From Phyllobates terribilis (Eukaryota): a DNA stretch of 64,000 bases. Made by a program: the position numbers and the translations under genes. The notes under the pieces are model-generated. The model saw nothing but the letters and a program-made list of their open reading frames with translations. It had not been told where the DNA came from and did not search any database. The stretch is taken from assembly GCF_046119375.1 (NCBI RefSeq), contig NW_027362768.1:370140001-370204000 (forward strand). Reading direction: 5' to 3'. Shown in pieces: positions 12,063 to 24,600 of this stretch; within the stretch, counting starts at the first letter, position 1; the number at the start of each line of letters is the position of its first letter.

Positions 12063-13681
12063 GGCAATGGAACTGAATGATACTAAGGGATACAAGTATT
12101 TGCCATCAGGTATCAGCTGTTCGCTGGAGTTGCCAAAGGCAGGTGATGGTGTAAACCGCTTATTGTTTGGGTGACCCTTTTTACATTTTACTCTCAATAG
12201 TTACATCGAGAGTTTAAAAATAATTTTTAGTATAAAGAGATTTAAGGGGTAAAATTCCAAGGTTTTTACATTGTCCGAGGCGTTCGCTAAGATGACATCA
12301 TCTGATTCTCACTGTCAGCGATTAAAGGGTTAATCCCCAGGTTCAGATAAGCTTTGGTCTTAGGTGACACAGGGAGACATTGTTCAAAGTACAGACGTCT
12401 CATACAGGAGGAGGACGTGGGGATCGCTGCCGCTCCAGGGGGGCATTTCATTCTGGAAGCCATGTTCCTGGCAGACCACCGACATGGTAGGCCCTTGCCC
12501 GTACATATATATCTCTATATAGTAGGAAGTTGCAGTGTTATTAGCTTGGATATTTTTGGAATTTACAAAGGTGATAGAGAGTAATGTGTAAGGCGGATAT
12601 GGAGAATGTCCGGACCTCCAAAGATCTTACGCAGGGCAATCCTATACATTGAGGATGTCCCCTGCCTTCTACCACACTGACTGTCTGCAGCGCTTCACAT
12701 GTGGCCCATTGTGGCCGGTGCTACTGATAAGGACTAACGCCTCATTTGGAACTTTTTGTTTTATCCTAGGAGAAAAAAACTGACATTTTTTTCATCAAGG
12801 TTCTGGATCCGATTTTCAGCCTTTTTGATCCGTTGTGTTCCTTTATACAAGAAATGTTTTCTTATAATAAATTGAAATAAAAATTCCAAACTTTTCTTAC
12901 CCATTAAAAGCAAAACCCCCCAGCACTTACATGACATATGGACGGCATTCATGTGTTATATTATTTCATGGATCCATTGATTTGATCTGTGACGGACACG
13001 TCTGCTTTTTTTTACGGATATTCAGGTCGCAATATATCTCTGACTTCCGAACAGCCTCATAGATAGGGATGAGTGGACCCGTGGAAGGTTCTGGTACTCG
13101 ACCTGAACTTTACTCAAAAGTTCGGGTACCAGAAACTTGAACCAGAACCCGAACCCCATTGAAAAAAATGGGGACCCGAACTTTGGAACTGGAAAATTTA
13201 TTTCTCTCCCAGACTTACCCAGGAGCTCCGAACATTAAAACGGATGGGAGAAGTCTGTGTTCAGAGTTTTGCATCGGACACTCAGTGTCCGGTAAGAACC
13301 TCGAATCTGTAAGTTCGGGTTCGCTCATCTCTATCTGGGAAAAGCGTGCGTTCTGCTACCGGTGATTTCCGATCTGTCTTTGGTCTTCGGATCATTTTGG
13401 AAGTTGTAGCTTTGTGACAATGCAACAGATTGGAAATATTGTAAAAAAAAAACCTATGTTTGCAGTTTTCTTTTCCATCATAGGAACAGCACCCGATATA
13501 CCCTACTGACTTGTATTGGGGTCTGTCATGGTTTCCTTAATTTTTCTGGAAAAATAGAGCTACAAATTGCGGTATAATTTCTGAAGAATCTGCGATGGAG
13601 GTTCAGATATTACCCGAGCCTCACGTCTTTTACTCTATCAGATCAGTACCTGACTTGTCTGGTTGAGTAGCCGGTGACTAA

Positions 13682-13885
13682 GGCCACGGCCCCACTATCA
13701 GTATTCGGTCAGTATTTTTTCTCAGGAGTGAGAGCCAAAACCAGGTGAGGAACAATCAGAGAAAAGGTATAATAGAAACAAGTCACCAATTCTGCATTTA
13801 TCACCCACTCCTGGTTTTGGCTCCCAACTCCTGAGAAAAAATACTGAGCGAATACTGACCAAATACTGATAGTGGGGCCGTGGCC
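13682..13885. mobile_element. Palindromic PIF/Harbinger-type MITE
   Basis: TIRs GGCCACGGCCCCACTATCAGTATT / AATACTGATAGTGGGGCCGTGGCC. The left flank is TAA and the right flank AAA (imperfect 3-bp target duplication). Confidence 0.7.
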
Positions 13886-15169
13886 AAACTGATACTTATT
13901 GACTCAGCCGGAAGCTTGACTGCCCTGTACGGACTCCAGATCTCCACAGGAGGGCTAGAAGTTACAGCTCCAGATCTATGCGACCGTACGGCTACACAGC
14001 TATATACACTGACTCCCATTAACCCTTTGTCGAACATATACATCGCTGACAGGTGATACGTAACGCAGGGTGCTGTACATATTTGCCGCTTGCATGGCGC
14101 AGGCTCAGGAGCCGATCCTGTACCATCTGTAACAAACAGACTGATCCAGCCGCCAAACATTGTGCAAAAGTGGTAAAACATAAACCCGATGGCCTCGAGT
14201 CATTTTTGCATTTGCAGCTTTTTTTTTTTTTTAACGCAATTCTTAATTTTTCACGCCTATTTTTTTGCGTGTCAGGTTGTATTTTTTAGGGGCACTGTTA
14301 AAAAAAACCCAAAACAAGACCAATTATATCATCCACGTTGGGTCGGTGCATTGTTTCTTCTCATTCAAGAAAACTGCACAAAATAAAAAATGCTCTTTTA
14401 TTGTATTTGCGCCTTTGTTGTCTACTTTTTGGTGCTTTTTATTTAATTCATTCATTTTCGCCTTTTTTAAAGTCTATCTAATAGGTTTTCACCTTTTTCT
14501 ATGTTTGCCGTTGTGGGCATGACATTGAGGTTTCCAGATGATTCCTTGGTGGCGACTTTTTAAAAAGTTGCTAAAATTTTGCGCAAATTAGCTTCAGTCC
14601 CGCCGCTGCGATTTCATGTACATTTTTTTTAAAAAAGAAAAATTTGGGAAGTTTTACCGACTTTTTGTACTAAAAAGATAAAAATAAAGGCCTCGCTGCA
14701 TCATATGTGTGTATTTTAAAGTCACTTTTCTTCTTTTTCTCGTTGCCCTTTTTTTGCGCCAAGTTTGTCAAAACGAGATTCATTAATTTTTGCGCAAAGT
14801 ATAAAAAGTCATATCCTCAGCAAAATTTGTGCAAAAAAGGACAGAGAAGGGGGAGGGGAATCTGTACAAAAACTTTTCGACTTTTTACAAGGAAGTGTTT
14901 GAGGAACCGGACGAAAATATATGGAAAAGCCAAACTTTGCCCTAACTTAAAAAATATCAGGCGAATATGTATAAAATAAGACATTAAAAGGTGCAAATTA
15001 AAAGAGAAATAAGGCACTAATGAAAAACACCAAAAAAGAGACAAAAAAGGTGGAAAATGCATGTTAGCAAGTTAAAAAAAAAACAACAATAAAAAATAAA
15101 ATTGCATCTTTGTTGGTGACTTCTCTACATCTGCGTTATTAGCTGCGTTTTTCCACCTAAACTGAGGCA

Positions 15170-15600
15170 GAAACACCGGAACTTCCATCTGAGCTTGTAG
15201 CCAGAGCACTGCGCATGCGTGTTAGCAGAGGGGCGAATGGGAACCGTTCGTACGACAGTGTCGTAAAGGGCTGTAAGCGCGCATGCGCGGGCCTAAGAAT
15301 CCCGACGTTCCCTCTCCTTCCTTTCCTGGCACGCATGCGCGGACTGTGTTGTCAGGGGTGACGTGTCCCGGTGACAGCCTGGCAGGAAGTGGCGGAGCTC
15401 GTACACGGGAGTCGTGAAGATGCTGAAGAAGTTCGATAAGAAGGACGAGGAGTCCGGTGAGAGGGCAGGGCGGGGGCTGAGGCGCCATGACGGCCTTGTA
15501 TCGAGCATGGAGGGCGGGCTGGGGAGCCACAAGTCCCAGCGTGCTGTGTGCCAGCCCTGCGGGGCATGCTGGGACTTGTAGTGCACTCCTGGGTTCTCTG
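15170..15600 (+). promoter_or_regulatory. CpG-rich COPG1 promoter and first-intron motifs
   Basis: NRF1-like GCGCATGCG motifs at ~15211, 15279 and 15331; CRE-like TGACGT at ~15359; ETS-like CAGGAAGT at 15383; ZNF143/ACTACA-type motif on the minus strand at 15564-15582. Motif matches only. Confidence 0.6.
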
Positions 15601-18600
15601 TAGTTTCCTCTGATTTCTGAGTGGCCCCCTGGTGGAGATGTTGGGGGCGTACGCTGCTCATTGGGGGTCTCTGCGCTCGGACCCCTCCTATCTAGATGTG
15701 ATCACCCACCCAGTGCATCAGGGATCACTTATTGTTAGAGTGCCCCTTTAATATTCCCTTAAAGGGATGTCCCATGATGGCAGCCTCTGTCCATGCTATA
15801 TAAGCCCATGGTGGGTGGTCCTCACTCGTATTTATCCCCCCGACTTTGACATCATAAGATAACCATCCGCACAGCATTAAAGGGGTCCTCGGGCGACGCT
15901 AATGTCTGCATCGCTGCCGATGACACTACGTCCCCACACGAGTCCCGAAACCCTGCACAATGGCCAGGAATCGTGCCCGGGTCAAAGGGGTTTGTGGGTC
16001 GTAACGTCCTCGCAGCGCTCAGCACTGGTGCACAGGTGTCAGATGATCCCTTTAAGTGCTTATTCGCATCGGATCAGTGCACGTTCAACGCCATTGACTT
16101 CTAAGGGGAACGTCAGTGTCTTCAGAGATGTCAGAAAAAAATGGCGCCGCACGTGAGGTAGTCACAGCTATATACGTAATAATGGTGAAGAAAGGGATTG
16201 GCGATCCGGGCGGCCACAAAGAGCCAAACTGTCCAGTTGTGGATCCACTGGACCAAATATTCAGAAAATAACTTCATACAATGAGTTAATTATTTATTAT
16301 TTTCTTCCAAAAATGCATCTAAGTCTTTTTGAATCCATCGACAGCTCCCTCGGCTCCTGGCTTTTTGTATAGCCACTGCTCTTACAGTAAAGAACCAGCT
16401 CCTGAGGTCAGCTGCTCCACAGATTACTAGTCCTCATGGTAAAGATGCCTGGTCTCTGGAGGGAGCGCCCTCTTGTCTTTTGAGGGGCTTTTACATGAAA
16501 CTGCTTTTGAGCCTACTTTTTGTATGAGTCATTTGTGATGAAGGCTCCTAATAAATCTCTGGGCCCCATTAACATAGGGCCCGAATCATCAAGACCAGTG
16601 TTTATCAGATGGGCTGGAGTCAGATGTACGCCTCTTAATGAATCGGGAGCCCTGGACGAACGGCGTATACCTCACTGTGCGCCAATCCATGCCGGAGTAA
16701 GATATGTGGCATAGTGACCGCTACCACTAGTCATGTGGGAGTTTCCGTGCCCCTGTCCCATCCCAGCTCTGCCCACTTTGTCGGAACTGGGCGAAAATGG
16801 CACGAACACGCCAAAAAAAATCTCATTATTGTAGCACAGCCTCCAGTGGCACCAAAACTGTGCAATTTTTCAAGCTTTGTACCCCAGAATTCTGCCATAA
16901 AAGTTTTGATGAATCCGGGGCCATAACGTCTGAGTCTCCAGTATTGCCCCACGTTCCTCTTAGTGTATGGGCACCATAAGTCTTCAACTATACCAGGATC
17001 TAAGTGGTGAACTGCAGACGCCCCTGGGGTTATTTAGTTTATTACCAGTCGGACTAAGTGTTGCTTTTTGTTTCTGGGATTTCAGGTGGCAGCTCCAATC
17101 CTTTCCAGCACTTGGAGAAAAGTGCCGTGCTCCAGGAGGTGAGTGTTATGTCTCAGTCACACACCAGTCTGTCTCCTGCCAGGCACGTCATGGTGGGGAG
17201 AAACTTTACAATCCCCGAGAAACAGTCAAACAGTAGGGCTGCAGATATGTTGGCCGGAAAATTTGCAGCAATTTTTTGCCAATTTTTGCTGCAGGTTTTA
17301 CTTCGACCTTCACACTTTACAATGCAGAAGGTGAAACGCGCAGCTGACAGCATCATGTCCATAACTAAATCCGCAGTGGTGTTTCATGCTGCACCTGTGC
17401 CCTGGGGGGGGTCTTACAAATGCCAATTTGTAACAGATTTGGCCAAATTGTCTTATTGTCTATTATTGTTTTTAATTCTAGGCTCGTTTGTTTAATGAGA
17501 CTCCAATCAATCCCCGAAAATGTGCTCACATCCTGACTAAGATCCTGTATCTGATAAACCAGGTATGTGTCCTGCACCCAAGACACCTGGAAATGTGGTG
17601 GGTGGCATCCTCAGGAGAGCGTGCCCGGCCTGGCACCAAAACTGTGCGCGTGCGCTCTCGGGGGCCGAACGGGGGCTGTGCGCGTGCGTTGTCGGGTGCC
17701 CGTGCGCTGTTGGGGGCTGTGCGCTGTTGGGGCCCGAGCGGGGGCTGTGCGCGTGCGCTGTTGGGGCCCGAGCGGGGGCTGTGCGCGTGCTCTGTCGGGG
17801 CCCGAGCGGGGGCTGTGTTCTCACTCTGGGCAGTTGGTACTATCAGTCCGAAGCAGGGGAAGACCCTCAAAATGCAAAGTTAGGAGGGTGTAATGCTGCA
17901 CCAAACTCTCAGCTTCGCCAAGGGTGCACTAAAGCCTCCACATTTGCATGCAAATTAAAAGAATTTTTCTCAGGCACTGTATCACTGACCGGTCCAACGC
18001 TAGAATGATTTTTTTATAGGTGCTTTCTCTGCTAATATTTATTATGGTGTTAAGGTGGATCTTCTCTTCTTTTGCCCTCTCCTCCCTGAGCTGCGTTCAC
18101 GTCCCCTCTATATACTGCACTTACATTGGTCCTTTCTCTTCCCGCAGGGTGAGCACATGGGGGCCACAGAAGCTACAGAAGCTTTTTTTGCCATGACCAA
18201 ATTGTTCCAGTCTAATGACGTAAGTGATTCCTGCAACTTACAGCAACAAAGTATTTGTTTGCCGCCCTGGTGCTGTCCGCCGGGCAGAGTAGATCCAGCT
18301 CCAGGGTTGCAATGAGGCGTTCTCTGTTCTTCTCCACCTTATAATTTGCCAGATACGTATCGTTTTTTGTCTTTGATGTATTTACCCACAAAGTAAATTA
18401 GAAAGTTTTAGGACTTTGTTAATACAATCCTATTAAGTTTGATCCTATTTTCCTCACTCAGCCGACCCTGCGCAGGATGTGCTACCTCACCATAAAGGAG
18501 ATGTCGAGTATCTCTGAGGATGTGATCATCGTCACCAGTAGGTAAGATCCGGCATCCATTATGTTCAGGCCATTAGTTATAAGTGACACATACGATTCAG

Positions 18601-21600
18601 TATAACTTATGGCGGAGATTATAGGTTGATATTTCACTTGCAGTTTAACCAAAGACATGACCGGGAAGGATGACAGCTACAGGGGTCCGGCAGTGAGAGC
18701 CTTGTGTAAGATCACAGATGTAAGTCCTTTTTCCTGCCGGTTGGGTTTTCTCGTCCCTTTTCCCAGTTTCCCATTGTCACGCCTTATTTCATCAGAGCAC
18801 CATGCTGCAGGCCATCGAGCGCTACATGAAGCAGGCCATCGTGGATAAAGTGCCGAGCGTGTCCAGCTCTGCTCTGGTCTCCTCCCTGGTAAGTCAGACG
18901 TCGGTGACACCTGCAAAATGAAGAGATCATGTAAAGGAGCAGTTAGAAGACCACAGCGGCGGCAATGGTTTTCTGCCGCAGTGTGTGAACGTAGCCTTTA
19001 TTTAGCATTTAGACCTAAGCAGATGCATAATGGTGACTCTTTTCCGTGGTGTTTAACCCCCTCAGCACTTGCTGAAGACCAGTTTTGACGTAGTGAAGCG
19101 TTGGGTGAATGAAGCGCAGGAAGCGGCCTCCAGTGATAACATCATGGTGCAGGTGAGCTTTGTATAAATCCCACTCTGATCGCAGAACTCGTCACATTGG
19201 GAATAATCGCCTCCCGTCCTTCTGATCCTCAGTACCACGCTCTGGGATTGCTGTACCACGTCCGTAAGAACGATCGTCTCTCCGTCAACAAGATGCTGAG
19301 TAAGTTCATGCGTCACGGCCTGAAGTCTCCATTCGCCTACTGTATGATGATCCGGGTGGCCAGCAAACTCCTGGAGGAGGAAGATGGAAAGTAAGTGACT
19401 CAGTAATCCCTGGATATTGTGTGTGAGGATGGGTAGTAACTTTATGTTCCTTTCCAGCCGGGACAGTCCGCTGTTTGATTTCATTGAGAGTTGCCTGAGA
19501 AACAAGCATGAAATGGTGGTTTATGAAGCTGCTTCTGCCATCGTTAACCTGCCTTCCTGCACTGCCAAAGAGCTGGCACCCGCTGTGTCCGGTGAGTAGG
19601 ATCAGTAGCACCATAGGCTGGTTAACCCCTGCCCGACGTGTGACATACGTGAGCTGAGCCGCTCCTGATGGCTGTGTTATACTGCCAGCAACTGCTTCTT
19701 ATGGCAGCGATCAGGGTTAGCTCCGATCGTTGCTGTTTAACAACCTAAATGCTGCTAGTAATCTTACGGTGGCATTTAAAGAGGTCGTCCACTACTTTAG
19801 TATTGATGATCTATCCTTAGGATGGGTCATCAATGTCTGATCAGTCTGGTTCCAACACCCGGCGTCCCCGCCAGTCAGCTGTTATCGGTGGCGGCGGTGG
19901 CCGCCGGCTGGAAGTACTCACTTGCGGAACTGGATACTAACATCCACCTCATATTGATTTGAGTAGGAGGTGGATGTGTAGTATCAAGCCCCAGCCACTA
20001 CCAGAAGATGGCGCAGCTCCACAAGTGAGTACTTCCGCCCGACACTGATAACAGCTGATCGGCATGGGCACTTGTTGTCATACCCCGACCGATCAGACAT
20101 GGACAACCTCTTTAAGTGCTGTGGTTGCATAACGCCACCTTTCCGGTGCCCATTGTGCCCTGCAACCCCATCACTCACAGCATGATCTATTTGATATTGC
20201 GGAGTTCCTAAAAGTCTCCTAAAACAAAAAATGCTTTGGACAAATGTTTTTTGTTTTTTTTCACCATTTCACCCCATTTTTCTGTACATTTTATGGCTCA
20301 AGTCAAAACTATAACGCATTCTGCAAAAAAAATAAGCCCACACGCGATCCAAATGATGAAAAATAAGTAAGAAAAAAAATACGAAAGCGCAATAATTTCT
20401 GAGTCTCCGTGAGGTTAATATTCGAGTTTGCTGTGAGGCTTTTCTGGCGTCAGTGACTTATTATTCAGGAACTAGTTGAACTCTTTTTGTAGTCAGGCGC
20501 CTTTTACATCTTATATTTCTTCTATTTTTCTTATCGCAGCCTTGGCTTGTACTTTATATATTACCAAACACAACTTTTACCCATTTTTGGTTCTGTTTTT
20601 TTTTCTTTTTAGTGCTTCAGCTGTTTTGTAGTTCTCCTAAAGCCGCCCTGCGCTACGCTGCGGTCCGGACGCTGAACAAGGTGCCGTGCTCTTATCTGCT
20701 GTCACAGAAGAGCTCCAGTAATAGCCGTGATGACTGATCATTGCTTTATCTGGACGGTTACAGGTCGCCATGAAACACCCATCAGCCGTCACTGCCTGCA
20801 ACTTGGACTTAGAGAATCTGGTGACCGACTCCAACCGCAGCATTGCCACCTTGGCCATCACCACGCTGCTGAAGACGGGCAGCGAGAGCAGCATTGACCG
20901 ACTCATGAAGCAGATCTCATCCTTCATGTCTGAAATCTCAGACGAGTTCAAGGTGTGAATCGTATCCTCTATTAAAGGGGCGGGCTGGGAAGAGGCATTA
21001 ATTACCTATCCAAGGAGGACACTAAAGATGAGTTAATCTGCAAAAATTACAATTTACAAATTCAAGAGCCACAAGATGACTGGTAGTGAAGAGGGACAGC
21101 TCCAGCTTATAGCAGAATGATTGTGTCAGTAGCTGTATATATATTTATTGGATTTTAATGCTCCCTTATTTTGTTTTCTAGGTGGTGGTGGTACAAGCGA
21201 TCAATGCTCTATGTCACAAGTATCCCCGGAAGCATGCCGTCATGATGAACTTCTTATTCACAATGCTAAGAGAAGAGGTAAAATCCATTCTGTGTGTTGC
21301 TGGAAGTGATGGCAACTAATTGGTCAGTATTTAAGGGATATTTTTTAATACTTTGATCACAGGGCGGCTTTGACTACAAGAGAGCCATAGTCGACTGTAT
21401 CATCAGTATCATCGAGGAGAATCCAGAAAGCAAAGAGACCGGACTGTCCCATCTGTGCGAGTTCATCGAAGACTGCGAGTTCACCGTTTTGGCCACCCGC
21501 ATCCTCCACCTCCTGGGACAGGAAGGACCCCGGACCAGCAGTCCATCCAAATACATCCGCTTCATCTACAACAGGGTTATACTGGAGAACGAGGAGGTTC

Positions 21601-24600
21601 GGGCAGGTGAGGGCCGCACGGGATCTCCGCTTTATATAGAAGTCCTGACTTTTTCATCCTGATTCTGCTATCCTCTCTGGTAGGTGCTGTCAGCGCTTTA
21701 GCCAAATTTGGTGCTCAAAATGAAGACGTGTTGCCCAGCATTTTGGTGTTGTTGAGAAGGTACGTAAGTCGATGTATTGTTCTGCGTTGCAGTAACTGTC
21801 TCAGACTTTGAAGGAAACTTTTCATCTGTGAAATGAAAATGAGATTAAATTAAAATGGCTCCTCTTTGGTCACATCTAGTACTGCAGCCCAGCCGTGTTT
21901 ACTGCAATGGGACTGAGCAGCAATACCAGATACAACCAGGGACAGGAGGTGCAGTTTTTTGCAATTTCCACCTATAAGGTGCATAATGTAAAGATTTCTT
22001 TATTTTTTTTTGTCTTTTCCAGATGTGTGATGGATGACGATAACGAAGTGCGAGATCGAGCTACATTCTATCTGAACATTTTGGAGCAAAGGCAAAAGGC
22101 TCTGAACTCTTCCTACATCCTCAACGGTGCGTTCATTGATTTCCTGTAAATGTTTTCCGTTAGTGGCCGCTCCAGACACGACGGCTACATGTCTTAATTC
22201 TTTCCTGATCACAGGGCTAACGGTGTCTGTCCCGGGATTGGAGCGGGCGTTACATCAGTATACGCTGGAGCCTTCTGAAAAGCCATTCGACCTGAAGGCC
22301 GTGCCATTGGCCACCGCACCCATCGCAGAACAGAGAGCAGGTCGGTCATCCCATCGTCAGCACTGTGATTACTGTGACATTCTGCTTTATAGATGCGCCC
22401 GATCTCTCTTCCCCCAGCGCAGTCCTGCTCGTGCCTTATTGGTAGCAACATAAACGTTTCTAAGATTGCAAGGAAGGTTCGGAAACTGCCACTTTGGGCA
22501 ACGTCTGGTATTGAAGCTGAAGACCAGCTATAGACCGGACATATCGAATATTTGTAGAATTTCATGCATGTTCAGGAATATATTATACATTTATTTGATT
22601 TGTGCCCTGACTAGTCCGGTCTCTTGTTTATTAGAAAATGCACCAGCCACAGCAGTAAGGCAGCCGGAAAAAGTGGTGTCCACCAGGCAAGACATATTCC
22701 AAGGTAAGTGAATTCCACCACAAAACCAGATTTTCTAGGCACATTCGCTCTTACAAAGTCCCATACAACTGTAATGCATCTTTTTTTTTTTTTTTTTTTA
22801 TACTTTTCTTTAGAGCAACTTGCTGCTGTTCCTGAGTTTAAGAGCCTCGGCGCTTTATTCAAGTCGTCTCCTGAACCCGTGGCCCTTACCGAATCCGAGA
22901 CCGAATACGTGGTCCGATGCACGAAGCACACGTTCGCCAGTCACATAGTGTTCCAGGTGAGACTCGCGCGGTGGTGGCTGCTGTGCCCACAATATTGATG
23001 TCCACATTTACTGACCCCTTTTCTCTTCTTATAGTTCGATTGCACCAATACGCTGAACGATCAGATCCTGGAGAACGTGACGGTACAGATGGAGCCCATA
23101 GAGGGATATGAAGTCATCTGCTGTGTGCCGGTGAAGTCTCTGTCCTACAACCAGCCCGGGACCTGCTACACTCTGCTGTCTATCCCCGAGGAAGATCTCT
23201 CTGCCTGTAAGGACTTATAATTATATTTTATTATTATTATTATTATTTGAACTTCACCATCTTCTGGAGAGACTCTAATTTGAAACTTTTTTTATTTGCT
23301 CCCTCTCTTCCAGATTCCTGCACATTCAGCTGCATGTTGAAGTTTACTGTTAAGGACTGCGATCCTAACACTGGCGAAGCCGACGAGGAGGGTTACGACG
23401 ATGAGTACGTGGTAAGTAGATGTCAATGGTCTTACCTGACTTTTTACCCACAGGGAAGGAGCTGATGGGTAGCAGTGGTAAGAAGTATGCCTGCCAGCAG
23501 TCAACTATTCTATGGGGACAGTTGTCTCCGACCACTTTATCTGGCAGATGATCCGTCTCTGATACAGTTGGGTTGGATTTAGTGGTTTTTGTTCCTCTTC
23601 TGCAGCTGGAGGACGTGGAGGTGACCGTGGTGGATCATATACAGAAAGTCCTGAAGCCGAACTTTGGTGCCGCTTGGGACGAGGTGGGAGATGAGTATGA
23701 AAAAGAAGAGACGTTCAACCTTTCCACCATCAAAACTCTGGAAGGTAAAACCTCTCTGTGCAACTGATAAGTAGTTGTCTGTGGTCGGATATCAGCAGAG
23801 CGTGTATATTGTATTTTATCTATATTATTTGGTTTTCTTAACTTATCTCGTGGCCAAATCTGACTGAGATTGTTTTATCCACAGATGCGGTTGGAAATGT
23901 AATAAAGTTCCTGGGAATGCAGCCGTGTGAGAGGTCCGATAAAGTGCCAGAGAACAAAAATGCTCACACCCTGTACCTGGCAGGTAAGGTCTTCTGAGCT
24001 GGGTCCAAATATTGAAATATTTCTATAGAACAACAGCATGGCCCTGTATATGTCCAGAGCTGTATATATGAGTTAGTATTAAGGCAGCGAGAATGACTTT
24101 TTAGATAAAATGTGCAGAATAGTGAGTTCAGCTCTGGAGTATAATACAGGATGTAACTCAGGATCAGTAATGTAATGTATGTATACAGTGACTGCACCAG
24201 CAGAATAGTGAGTGCAGCTCTGGAGTATAATACAGGATGTAACTCAGGATCAGTAATGTAATGTATGTACACAGTGACTGCACCAGCAGAATAGTGAGTG
24301 CAGCTCTGGAGTATAATACAGGATGTAACTCAGGATCAGTAATGTAATGTATGTATACAGTGACTGCACCAGCAGAATAGTGAGTGCAGCTCTGGAGTAT
24401 AATACAGGATGTAACTCAGGATCAGTAATGTAATGTATGTACACAGTGACTGCACCAGCAGAATAGTGAGTGCAGCTCTGGAGTATAATACAGGATGTAA
24501 CTCAGGATCAGTAATGTAATGTATGTATACAGTGACTGCACCAGCAGAATAGTGAGTGCAGCTCTGGAGTATAATACAGGATGTAACTCAGGATCAGTAA

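Noticed and set aside
10370-12174. Three overlapping 560-aa Gly/Tyr/Trp-rich ORFs as a structural-protein gene
   Set aside because: They are entirely explained by the 82-bp repeat. All frames give the same period, and there is no unique N- or C-terminal domain or splice context.
13064-13333. hAT-like MITE with TAGGGATGAG / CTCATCTCTA ends
   Set aside because: The ends look right but I found no 8-bp target duplication, so it is not listed as a supported feature.
15900-16200. Possible snoRNA or conserved element in COPG1 intron 1
   Set aside because: No convincing C/D or H/ACA box arrangement, only short YY1-like and E-box-like words.
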